Source: Minwuia sp. (lineage in GTDB: Bacteria; Pseudomonadota; Alphaproteobacteria; Minwuiales; Minwuiaceae). Taken from it: a stretch of DNA of 24,000 nucleotides. Below the pieces are notes generated by a model. The model was not told where the DNA came from, did no database searches, and worked only from the letters and a program-made list of their open reading frames with translations. The position numbers and the translations under genes are program-made. The stretch covers positions 75,224 through 99,223 of the forward strand of contig JARGPL010000024.1 in NCBI GenBank assembly GCA_029210175.1, given 5' to 3'. Numbering within the stretch: position 1 is the first letter of the stretch; the number at the start of each line of letters is the position of its first letter. This document shows positions 9,182-17,480 of the stretch, one piece after another.

Positions 9182-9228
9182 GATCGGTTCTCCCCCGGTA
9201 CTCGGAATCAGTGTTTCGGATCGTGGTT

Positions 9229-9576
9229 TCAGCCTTCCGGTGAAAGCCGGAAGACAACAAGGGTCAGGCCAGCGGCCCGCGAAATGGTCAGGGCCAGCAA
9301 CTCCCCGTCGCGCAGGAACCGGTTGGCCCCGTCAGCGCGCCAGCCAAGTTCCGGCAGCACCTGTTCGTAGTAGCCTTCGATGGATCGTGCTGCAACTGCG
9401 CCTGTGGTCTCCACCACGATGACGCGACCGGTGGCGCTCTCGAACACCGTTCCGGCCTCCACAACTTCGCTCAGCCCGTCCATCAGGGGAATGTCGAGCT
9501 GTTCGAGCCATGTTTCAGCCTGTGCCGGGGCAACAAGCAGAAACAGGCCGGTCAGGGTCATCAGAAGGGTTTTCAT
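9229..9576 (-). CDS. Small secreted hypothetical protein
   Basis: [23 protein letters not shown] is a signal peptide. The ATG at 9574-9576 overlaps the mutM stop as ATGA. Confidence 0.55.
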   Translation of the reverse strand: MKTLLMTLTGLFLLVAPAQAETWLEQLDIPLMDGLSEVVEAGTVFESATGRVIVVETTGAVAARSIEGYYEQVLPELGWRADGANRFLRDGELLALTISRAAGLTLVVFRLSPEG

Positions 9577-10403
9577 CGCTGGCACACCGGACAGTGAAAC
9601 GTGGATCGGCCCGACTGCACGATGCGGGCAATCGTGCCCTTGCAGCGGGGTTTGCGACAGGCCTCGCCTTCGCGCCCATAGGCGCGGAAGTCGTGCTGGA
9701 AATAGCCAAGCTCCCCGGAGGCCTGCACATAGTCGCGCAGTGATGATCCGCCGGCGGCGATGGCTTCCTGCAGCACCAGCTTGATCTCCGGCACCAGCCG
9801 CGCCGCACGCCGACCCGACACCGTCATGGCCAGCCGGGTGGGGGCGATGCCAGACCGGAACAGCGCCTCGCAGACGTAGATGTTGCCGAGGCCCGCCACC
9901 ACCCGCTGGTCCAGCAGGGCGGACTTGATGGGGGTGCGCTTGGTCGCAATGGCCTGGGACAGCACGGCGGCGGAGAAATCATCCCCAAGCGGTTCCGGCC
10001 CCAGATCGCGGAAGAAGCGATGCTGATCCAGGGCGTCGGTGGCGCAGAGGTCGAAATAGCCGAAGCGGCGATGGTCCTGAAAGATCACCACCGTCCCGTC
10101 GTCCACATCGAACACCAGATGTTCGTGCGGCTGCTGACTGTTGGGCCGGGCGTCATGAATGTGCATCCGCCCCGACATGCCCAGGTGCCCGATCAGGGTT
10201 TCGCCGCTGTCCAGATCGAACAGCAGGTACTTGGCCCGCCGCCGCAGGGCCTCCACCCGCCGACCTGACAGGCGGGCGCCAAGGTCCGGCGGCAGCGTGA
10301 AGCGCAGGTCCGGGCGGTTCACCGCCACATGGGTCAGGCGTCGCCCGGTCAGGCGACGGTCCAGCCCGCGACGAACGGTCTCTACTTCTGGAAGCTCCGG
10401 CAT
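9573..10403 (-). CDS. mutM: Formamidopyrimidine-DNA glycosylase (Fpg/MutM)
   Basis: N-terminal [14 protein letters not shown] with the catalytic Pro2/Glu3. The C-terminal zinc finger is [27 protein letters not shown]. Confidence 0.9.
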   Translation of the reverse strand: MPELPEVETVRRGLDRRLTGRRLTHVAVNRPDLRFTLPPDLGARLSGRRVEALRRRAKYLLFDLDSGETLIGHLGMSGRMHIHDARPNSQQPHEHLVFDVDDGTVVIFQDHRRFGYFDLCATDALDQHRFFRDLGPEPLGDDFSAAVLSQAIATKRTPIKSALLDQRVVAGLGNIYVCEALFRSGIAPTRLAMTVSGRRAARLVPEIKLVLQEAIAAGGSSLRDYVQASGELGYFQHDFRAYGREGEACRKPRCKGTIARIVQSGRSTFHCPVCQR

Positions 10404-10438
10404 GGGGGGCACTGTAGCGTGCGCTTGGCGGCTCCGCT

Positions 10439-11227
10439 ATGGTGCGGCGCATGGGCGAGACACGAAATCAGAATGCCGAATCCGCAACGGATTCCATGGC
10501 CTCCTTCGGCTTCCGCGATGTGCCGGAATCTGAGAAGGCAGCGATGGTGGGGGACGTGTTCCACTCCGTCGCCCGGCGCTATGACCTGATGAATGACGTG
10601 CTGTCGTTCGGTGTCCATCGCATCTGGAAGGACCGTTTCGTCACCGACCTGCGCCCGCGCGCAGGCGAAGCGATCCTGGATCTGGCGGGCGGCACCGGCG
10701 ACATTGCCAAACTGGTCCACCAGCGAACCCGGGGCCAGGCGCGCGTCACCCTGTGCGACATCAATCATTCCATGGTGCAGGTGGGCCGTGACCGGTTGCT
10801 TGATCAGGGGCTTTTCCGGGGCATCGACTGGACGGTGGGGGACGCGGAAACCCTGCCCTTCGATGACGCGAGCTTCGATGCCGTCACCATAGCCTTCGGC
10901 ATCCGCAATGTGACCCGCATTCCGAAGGCGCTGGCCGACATCCGCCGTGTGCTGCGCCCTGGCGGGCGGTTCCATTGCCTGGAATTCTCCACCGTGGGGA
11001 AGGGGCTGAAGCCGTTCTATGACGCCTGGTCATTCCAGGCGATGCCGCGCATCGGGCGGGTGATCGCCGATGATCCGGAGGCCTATCGCTATCTGGCCGA
11101 GAGCATCGCCAGGTTCCCCGCACCGCAGGTCTTCGCCGACATGATTGCCGAAGCAGGCATGCGCAGGGTGGGCTTCGATGCGCTGACGGGTGGTATTGCC
11201 GCCATCCATCGCGGCTGGCGTATCTGA
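10439..11227 (+). CDS. ubiE: Ubiquinone/menaquinone C-methyltransferase UbiE
   Basis: FGFRDVPESEKAAMVGDVFHSVARRYDLMNDVLSFGVHRIWK and the SAM motif LDLAGGTGD. The start is ambiguous, with ATGs at 10439, 10451 and 10496. Confidence 0.88.
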   Translation: MVRRMGETRNQNAESATDSMASFGFRDVPESEKAAMVGDVFHSVARRYDLMNDVLSFGVHRIWKDRFVTDLRPRAGEAILDLAGGTGDIAKLVHQRTRGQARVTLCDINHSMVQVGRDRLLDQGLFRGIDWTVGDAETLPFDDASFDAVTIAFGIRNVTRIPKALADIRRVLRPGGRFHCLEFSTVGKGLKPFYDAWSFQAMPRIGRVIADDPEAYRYLAESIARFPAPQVFADMIAEAGMRRVGFDALTGGIAAIHRGWRI

Positions 11228-11230
11228 GGC

Positions 11231-12781
11231 ATGATCCGGCGACTGACCTATGTGGCACGACTGGTCGGCATTGCCCGCACCCTGCAGAAGCATGACGCCC
11301 TGTTCCCGCTGGAGCGGCTCGACGCACCGCCATTCGCGCTGCGGCTGGCGCGCCTGTTTGCAGGCCGGTCCCGGCGCAACCGCGACCGGCGACCGGGGGA
11401 GCGGCTGGCGGCGGCGCTGGAGGATCTGGGGCCATCATTCATCAAGCTGGGGCAGGCGCTTTCCGTGCGCGCCGACCTGCTGGGTGAAGACATCGCCGTT
11501 GACCTGGGCCGCCTGCGCGACCGCCTGCCGGAATTCGGGTTCGAAGCGGCACGCGACACCATCGAAAGCGAGCTGGAAGCGCCGTTGAGCGCGCTCTACC
11601 TGGATTTCCAGCGCAAGCCGGTCGCTGCCGCGTCCATCGCCCAGGTGCATTTCGCCACCATCGCGACGCCGGATGGCCCGGCACCTGTGGCCGTGAAGGT
11701 GCTGCGCCCGGGTATCGAGGAACGGCTGCAGCGCGACATGAACCTGTTCTTCTGGCTGGCGCGCATTGCGGAACGGGCGGATCCGAAGCTGCGTCGCCTG
11801 CGGCCGGTGGATATTGTCCGCACCCTGCAGCAGTCGGTATCGCTGGAGATGGATCTGCGACTGGAAGCCGCCGCCGCCGATGAGATGGGTGAGGTGTTTC
11901 AGCAGGACCCCGACTTCCGCACCCCGGCGATCGACTGGGAACGCACGGCGGGCCGGGTGCTGACGATGGAACGGGTGACATCCGTGCCGATTGGCGACAA
12001 TGCGGCCATGGACGCGGCAGGCATCGATCGTCCGGCTCTGGCAGAACGGGTGATCCGCATCTTCCTGCGCCAGAGCCTCACGCACGGCTTCTTCCACGCC
12101 GACATGCACCAGGGAAATCTGTTCGTGGACCCGGATGGTACCGTCGTTGCCGTGGATTACGGCATCATGGGACGACTGGACCATCGCACGCGCCTTTTCA
12201 TGGCGGAGATGCTGGGGTCCTTCATCGCCGGGGACTATCGGCGCGCAGCGGAAGTGCATATCGCTGCTGGCTACGTGCCGCCGGAAACTTCCGTGGATCT
12301 GTTCGCGCAGGCCTGTCGGTCCATCGGCGCGCCGATTCGCGGCAAGCCGGTCAGCGAGATCTCCATCGGGCGGCTGATGGCGCAGCTGTTCCGCGTTACC
12401 GAGACCTTTGCCATGCAGACCCGCACCGAGTTGCTGCTGCTGCAGAAGACCATGGTGACCGTGGAAGGTGTCTCGCGCGGCATCGATCCCGGGATCAATT
12501 TCTGGAGCGCGTCGCAGCCGGTGATCGAAACCTGGGCACGCGACAACCTCGGCCCCGAAGCCAGGATCGCCGGTTTCATCACCGACACGATGGACATCGT
12601 GGAGAAGGTGCCGCGACTGCTGGAAAAGGCTGACCGGGCCTTCGACCGGCTGGAGCAGATCGAGGCTCAGGCAGAGGATGAGGCCACCAGCGGCACCGCC
12701 CGCTGGGCCATCATTGCCGGCATCGGTGGCGTTCTGGCCGGTGTGGCGCTGGCGCTGCTGTTCGGCACCGCTATCGGTTGA
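11231..12781 (+). CDS. ubiB: UbiB (ABC1/ADCK-type atypical kinase needed for ubiquinone biosynthesis)
   Basis: LGPSFIKLGQALSVRADLLG, AAASIAQVH, AVKVLRPG and HADMHQGNLFV motifs, plus a C-terminal TM segment. It lies 3 bp downstream of ubiE. Confidence 0.9.
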   Translation: MIRRLTYVARLVGIARTLQKHDALFPLERLDAPPFALRLARLFAGRSRRNRDRRPGERLAAALEDLGPSFIKLGQALSVRADLLGEDIAVDLGRLRDRLPEFGFEAARDTIESELEAPLSALYLDFQRKPVAAASIAQVHFATIATPDGPAPVAVKVLRPGIEERLQRDMNLFFWLARIAERADPKLRRLRPVDIVRTLQQSVSLEMDLRLEAAAADEMGEVFQQDPDFRTPAIDWERTAGRVLTMERVTSVPIGDNAAMDAAGIDRPALAERVIRIFLRQSLTHGFFHADMHQGNLFVDPDGTVVAVDYGIMGRLDHRTRLFMAEMLGSFIAGDYRRAAEVHIAAGYVPPETSVDLFAQACRSIGAPIRGKPVSEISIGRLMAQLFRVTETFAMQTRTELLLLQKTMVTVEGVSRGIDPGINFWSASQPVIETWARDNLGPEARIAGFITDTMDIVEKVPRLLEKADRAFDRLEQIEAQAEDEATSGTARWAIIAGIGGVLAGVALALLFGTAIG

Positions 12782-14108
12782 GGTCGTCACGGCGCCTGCG
12801 CAGCGCAGGCTGCAGCAGGCTGAGGATGGTCACACCGGTGACGACATAGGCGACGCACCCGGCAGCGATCATGTCGAAACCGACCCCGACATCCAGCAGC
12901 AGACCGAAGAATGCGGGGGATGCGGCGGTCGCCATGACCATGGTGGCCTGGATCAGGCTGCGGATCGCGCCAAGGTGGCCGGTGCCATGAATCTCCGCAA
13001 ACACCGCGCCCATCAGGGTGAAACCTGCCCCGGCGGTGGCGCCGACCAGCATCATGTAGACCAGCGCCCCCAGCGCATGGTCGGTGACGATCAGGCTGAG
13101 CGCGGACAGGCCAAGGAATGGCAGGTACCACGGCAGCAGGCGGATGCCGCCCACCCGATCCACCAGATTGCCGGTGATCAGGCTGGACAGCCCCTGGGCG
13201 ATGGCGAAGCCGACAAAGCAGCTGGCCAGCCATTCCAGGCTCCATCCCTTGACCTCGGCCAGGTGTACCTGATGGAAGAACAGTCCGGTGGAGATGAACG
13301 CCGGAGCCATCATCGCGAACACCAGCGGGTAGAACACGGGGTCGCGGACCACCTCCGACAGGGTACGCGACCGGCCCGGTCCCAGCCCGCTCTGCAGCGC
13401 CTGCGCCAGATCCGCCTTGCGCGCCGTCTCCCGCGCCGCATGACCGCGCAACAGCCACAGCATCAGCGGCGCTATGCCGACCAGCAGCACGATGCCGAAC
13501 CCGGCCCAGGTCCAGCGCCAGCCGATGAGGCTGAGCAGGATCACCGCCATGGGGGGAAAGATGGCTTCCCCCAGCGGATGACCCAGGGCGGCGAGGCTGA
13601 CGGCCTTGCCCCGGCTGCGCTCGAAATAGCGCGCCATGGCAATGATCGACACGTGGCTCATCAGCCCCTGTCCGGTCAGTCGCAGCATGAAGAAGGCAAG
13701 CCCGAGGAACAGCGCGGACGGGATCACGGAGGTCAGCAGACAGGCCGCTGCCAGCCCGGCGGAGACCATCAGGGTGTAGCGGGTCAGGTCCACATGGTCG
13801 ATCTTGCGGCCCAGCCAGATCAGGGTCAGCCCGGCGCAGAGGGTGCCGAGGGAATAGAGCGTGCCGAAGTCACCATGGCTCAGCCCGAACTCGGTGCGCC
13901 AGGCCCCGCCGAACAGCGCGATGAAGAACGTCTGACCAAAGCTGGACAGGAACGCCGCCGTCACGCCGAATGACAGGAAGCGCCGATTGGCGGCGATGAA
14001 TGAAACATAGGAATTCAACGGGGTGCGGTCTCCGGTCGGGAAGGGAGCAAGGCTGGCCGGTCGGGCAACCTGAATCGTTCCACCGCATGATTGCACCCCA
14101 ATCAGCAC
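12771..14108 (-). CDS. MFS transporter
   Basis: A roughly 12-TM hydrophobic profile with an MFS-like GRKIDH loop after TM2. The start is uncertain: GTG at 14108 as tracked, or TTG at 14018 preceded by GGAGA. The 3' end overlaps the ubiB 3' end by 11 bp. Confidence 0.75.
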   Translation of the reverse strand: MLIGVQSCGGTIQVARPASLAPFPTGDRTPLNSYVSFIAANRRFLSFGVTAAFLSSFGQTFFIALFGGAWRTEFGLSHGDFGTLYSLGTLCAGLTLIWLGRKIDHVDLTRYTLMVSAGLAAACLLTSVIPSALFLGLAFFMLRLTGQGLMSHVSIIAMARYFERSRGKAVSLAALGHPLGEAIFPPMAVILLSLIGWRWTWAGFGIVLLVGIAPLMLWLLRGHAARETARKADLAQALQSGLGPGRSRTLSEVVRDPVFYPLVFAMMAPAFISTGLFFHQVHLAEVKGWSLEWLASCFVGFAIAQGLSSLITGNLVDRVGGIRLLPWYLPFLGLSALSLIVTDHALGALVYMMLVGATAGAGFTLMGAVFAEIHGTGHLGAIRSLIQATMVMATAASPAFFGLLLDVGVGFDMIAAGCVAYVVTGVTILSLLQPALRRRRDDLNR

Positions 14109-14120
14109 TTGCGAATGGCT

Positions 14121-14470
14121 GTCACCCCGGGCACGTCGTCAGGTGGCGGGTTCATGGACACCTGCACATTGCTGTCACCCCGGGCGCAAGACCCGGGGTC
14201 CACGCTTTTCCGCGGTGATGCGTGCTGAACAGGGTGGATCCCGGGTCGGCGCTGCGCTTGCCCGGGATGACAGGTTTGGGCGGAGGTGGCCTGCACAACC
14301 GCATCTTCACGGTGCCAAGCGGACTTGATCCGCGTGTCCAGCCTTCCGGCCCATGAGTCGCCCCTGGGTACCCGGGTCAAGCCCGGGCACGCCGTCTGGT
14401 GGAGGGTTCATCGACACCTGCACATTGCTGTCACCTCGGGTCGGTGCTGCGCTCGTTCGCGATGACGGGC
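14121..14470 (+). repeat. Composite of GC-rich hairpin repeats: a 54-bp direct repeat (14126-14179 and 14382-14435, 50/54 identical) flanking one diverged copy of the 133-bp family seen at 23.5 kb (about 14174-14300)
   Basis: Read directly from the sequence. cccgggcacgTcgtcAggtggCgggttcatGgacacctgcacattgctgtcacc occurs twice. Hairpins are CCCCGGGcgcaagaCCCGGGG (14178-14198) and CCCGGGtcggcgctgcgcttgCCCGGG (14240-14266). Confidence 0.75.
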
Positions 14471-14524
14471 AGGGTGATTGAAGGCTCGGCAAATCAGACC
14501 CGGCCCTGTCGCGCCAGGGCAGGC

Positions 14525-15289
14525 TCAGTTGGTCAGCCAGCCGGAACGGGCGGCGATGGCGATGGCCTCCGTGCGGTTGGCGGCGTTCAGCTTCTTCATC
14601 AGGTTGGCGACGTGGAATTTCACCGTGCGCTCGCTGATACCCAGAATCTCGCCGATCTCCCCATTGCTGCGGCCCTTCGACATCCAGGCCAGGCATTCCT
14701 GTTCCCGGCGGGAGAACATCATCCCGGCCAGTTCATCCTCCTGCCCCAGGACCAGAAAATCAGCGACGCTGACCGTGAAACGCAGGGCCAGACGGTGCAG
14801 CTCGCTTGTGGTGCTGGCGATGATTTCCGCTGCATTCGGCGGGTCCCCCAGCATGAAGAGGTACAGGGCCTGGGTCCGCAGTGGCGTGTTCATGGGAATG
14901 AACAGGTCGTACTTGATGCCGAACCGTTTCTCCAGTGCCCAGATCCAGCGCTGGCGGCGGGTCAGTGTCATCTGCGACCGCTCCCCCAGTGTCGTGAACG
15001 GCAGATAGCGCTCCGTCACCAGTTGCAGCATGGGGTCGTAGCGGAACATGCCGCGGCTGTAGTAGATCGCCTCGAACGCTTTCAGGAAGCCCGGTCCGCG
15101 GGACAGCACGAACGGCTCCCCCGCCACGATCTCGTCCAGGGGCTTGCGACGGTGCGTGTAATAGACGTACCCGGCATAGCCCATGGCGCGTACCTTGTAT
15201 TCCAGCGCGTCCCCGAGGTCATCAAGCGAGATGGCGTCGGCCACCAGCTTCTCGAATTCCAGATCCGGCCCCTGTTCCGTATCCGCCAT
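14525..15289 (-). CDS. LuxR-family regulator with an autoinducer-binding-type N-domain and a C-terminal HTH; no luxI in the window (LuxR solo)
   Basis: The C-terminus SRREQECLAWMSKGRSNGEIGEILGISERTVKFHVANLMKKLNAANRTEAIAIA is the LuxR/GerE HTH. The N-domain has Y-x8-DP (IYYSRGMFRYDP). I prefer the ATG at 15289, which has GGGAGGG 7 nt upstream. Confidence 0.85.
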   Translation of the reverse strand: MADTEQGPDLEFEKLVADAISLDDLGDALEYKVRAMGYAGYVYYTHRRKPLDEIVAGEPFVLSRGPGFLKAFEAIYYSRGMFRYDPMLQLVTERYLPFTTLGERSQMTLTRRQRWIWALEKRFGIKYDLFIPMNTPLRTQALYLFMLGDPPNAAEIIASTTSELHRLALRFTVSVADFLVLGQEDELAGMMFSRREQECLAWMSKGRSNGEIGEILGISERTVKFHVANLMKKLNAANRTEAIAIAARSGWLTN

Positions 15290-15337
15290 GCACAGCCCTC
15301 CCATGCCACAGGTCTACCGCAGCCACAGGAAGACTGT

Positions 15338-15357
15338 ACCTGTCCGGCCGGTCAGGT
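15338..15357. promoter_or_regulatory. lux-box-like 20-bp palindrome ACCTGTCCGGCCGGTCAGGT upstream of the luxR-family gene
   Basis: 18 of 20 positions are self-complementary. It has the ACCTG-N10-CAGGT / CT-N12-AG architecture and matches 14/20 to the V. fischeri lux box ACCTGTAGGATCGTACAGGT. The centre is 58 bp upstream of the ATG at 15289. Confidence 0.5.
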
Positions 15358-15376
15358 GTCAGGCCCCCGGTTCCGG

Positions 15377-15446
15377 GCCAGGAGCCGTCAGCCAGGAGCC
15401 GTCAGCCAGGAGCCGTCGGCCAGGAGACGTTAGCCGGAAGCCGTCA
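15377..15446. repeat. 14-bp tandem repeat, 5 copies (consensus GCCAGGAGCCGTCA)
   Basis: The copies are gccaggagccgtca (x2), gccaggagccgtcg, gccaggagacgtta and gccggaagccgtca. The array covers the stop codon and last codons of the ligase pseudogene and lies 88-157 bp upstream of the luxR start. Confidence 0.85.
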
Positions 15447-15948
15447 GCCCTTCGATGATGCGGAATTTCTGCACCTTGCCCATCGGGTTGCGTGGCAGAT
15501 CGTCAGCCAGGATCACCCGCCGCGGCACCTTGTAGCCCGCCAGCCGTTCGCGGCAGAAAGCCTCCACGGCCCCGGGGTCCAGCATCACGTCCCTTGCGGT
15601 CAGGCCGAATTCCCAGCCCCAGCGCATGGCGGACGTCAGATAGTGGTCATTGGAATAGAGCGCGCCCTTCGGGAAGCCTGTGGTGCCGGATGTATAGCCG
15701 ACGACGGCATGTTCGGCACCGCGATCGCCCTCCCCCAGGACGGGCCGCGCGACTGTCGCAGGTGTCGCAACGCTGTCGGCATCGACAACCACGGCCCCCG
15801 TGGCTGCGGCGATCTGCGCTGCTGCCTGCATGTAGGGCGCGGCGGCGAGGATCAGCTTCGCGTCCGAATCCTCCACCACGAACTGCATTTCCGGCGGGGC
15901 CATGTGGCTGTTCACCGGTACGGCAGCGGCTGATGATGGTTTCGGCAA
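15430..15948 (-). pseudogene. Remnant of an AMP-dependent acyl-CoA synthetase/ligase (N-terminus missing, large internal in-frame deletion)
   Basis: Only 172 aa. It retains the AMP-binding motif YTSGTTGFPKGA, and about 35 aa later jumps straight to the C-terminal subdomain (FCRERLAGYKVPRRVILADDLPRNPMGKVQK). Roughly 250 central residues and roughly 80-100 N-terminal residues expected for this family are absent. Confidence 0.7.
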
Positions 15949-15965
15949 GGGTCAGGCGCATGGCA

Positions 15966-16732
15966 TCAGCTCCGGGTCACGATCATGGATGCGTTCTGTC
16001 CGCCAAAGCCGAAGGAGTTCACCTGGAGCACGTCGAAATCCAGCTCCCTCGGCTGACCGATGACGATATCGAACTGCGCCTCCGGGTCGGGGTCGCTGGT
16101 GTTGGCCGTGTGGGCGAAACGGCCATCCGCCATACCGCACAAGCCTTCGATCAGCGCCATGGCCCCCGATGACGCGCCGGAATGTCCTGTGTGCCCCTTC
16201 AGGCCCTTGACGGGCAGGGGTGTCGCCCGTCCCGCCGTCTTGCCATGCACCAGGTTGATCGCATTGATTTCCGCCGTGTCGCCCTTCGGCGTTGCGGTGG
16301 CGTGGGCGAACAGGCCGCCAACGTCATTGGCACGGCTTCCGGCCCGTGGGTGTCCAGCATGTACTGGGCCTTCTGAAACGCGCGGACGCCGCCACCGGAT
16401 GTGCCATGCACGACGCCCGTGCGTTCCGGATCGATGGCGCTGTTGTCGGGGGCCGGGCTGTCCAGCCCTGCCTGCATCATCGCCTGGCGCGCTGCGGCCA
16501 GGGCGAACTGGGCAAACATGTCCGATCCCTCAGCCACCTTGGGTGACATCCAGTCATCGGGGTTGAAGTCGGTCACCAGGCCCCAGAATATCCTGCGCGG
16601 GTCGCGATCAGGGTCGTACCAGGGTGCCACGCCGATGCCGGTCCGGCCCGCCATGACGTTCTGGTGAAACCGCTGAACACTGCTGCCCAGTGAAGAAACG
16701 ATGCCGGTGCCCGTGATGGCGATTGGTTCCAC
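15966..16732 (-). pseudogene. Beta-ketoacyl synthase (FabF/FabB-like KAS I/II) disrupted by an internal deletion plus frameshift
   Basis: The N-terminal part (16732 down to ~16340, MEPIAITGTGIVSSLG...GGGVRAFQKAQYMLDTHGPEAVP) and the C-terminal part (...NDVGGLFAHATATPKGDTAEINAI..KGHTGHSGASSG..NSFGFGGQNASMIV) are in different frames. Compared with E. coli FabF, about 155 aa is missing, including the active-site Cys (ACxS) region. Confidence 0.75.
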
Positions 16733-16826
16733 GATGGTCCTCCCCTGGATCGAATGCTAAACCGCAAACCGATCTGCGTGAACCGCATCGGCTTTGACGC
16801 ATGACACACCTGCAAGGGAACAGACC

Positions 16827-17477
16827 ATGGCCACTCTGATACTGGGCAACCGCAACTACTCGTCCTGGTCGCTGCGCGGCTGGCTGCTTGTCCGTCAGGC
16901 GGGCATCGCTGCTGACGAAGTCGTGATCCCGCTCAGGACGCCGGAGTCGGCGACGCTGATCGCGCAGCATTCTCCTTCGGCCAAGGTGCCGGTGCTGATC
17001 CAGGGCGATGTGACGGTCTGGGACAGCCTCGCCATTGCGGAATATTGTGCCGAACAGGCTCCGGACGCGGGAATCTGGCCTGCCGACCCGGCGGCGCGCG
17101 CCGTGGCCCGCTCTGCTTCGGCGGAAATGCACAGCGGCTATGCCGCGCTCCGCGGGGCCTGGCCGATGAACCTGAAACGCAAGGGGCCGCCGCTGTTACC
17201 GGCGGCAGACGTTGCCGCCGACATCGCCCGGATCATCGCCCTCTGGTCGGATTGCAGGGCGCGGTTTGGTGCCGGGGGTGCTTTCCTGTTCGGGGACTGG
17301 TCCGCTGCGGACGCCATGTTCGCCCCCGTCGTCAGTCGCCTGACCAGCTATGGCGCGGCATTGGATACCGACAGCAGCACCTACTGTGCCGCCGTCATGG
17401 CGCATCCCCTGATGGTCGAATGGTCCGCGATGGCTGCGGCCGAAACCTGGAACATCGCAGCCGTCGACGCGCTTTAG
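16827..17477 (+). CDS. Glutathione S-transferase family protein
   Basis: MATLILGNRNYSSWSLRGWLL...KVPVLIQGDVTVWDSLAIAEY is a GST N-terminal thioredoxin-like fold, followed by a helical C-domain. The ATG at 16827 is preceded by AAGGGA. Confidence 0.8.
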   Translation: MATLILGNRNYSSWSLRGWLLVRQAGIAADEVVIPLRTPESATLIAQHSPSAKVPVLIQGDVTVWDSLAIAEYCAEQAPDAGIWPADPAARAVARSASAEMHSGYAALRGAWPMNLKRKGPPLLPAADVAADIARIIALWSDCRARFGAGGAFLFGDWSAADAMFAPVVSRLTSYGAALDTDSSTYCAAVMAHPLMVEWSAMAAAETWNIAAVDAL

Positions 17478-17480
17478 GTC

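Noticed and set aside
16733-16826. Second lux box upstream of the KAS pseudogene (for example ACACCTGCAAGGGAACAGAC)
   Set aside because: It has CTG...CAG ends only, with wrong spacing and no dyad symmetry, so it is not comparable to the site at 15338-15357.
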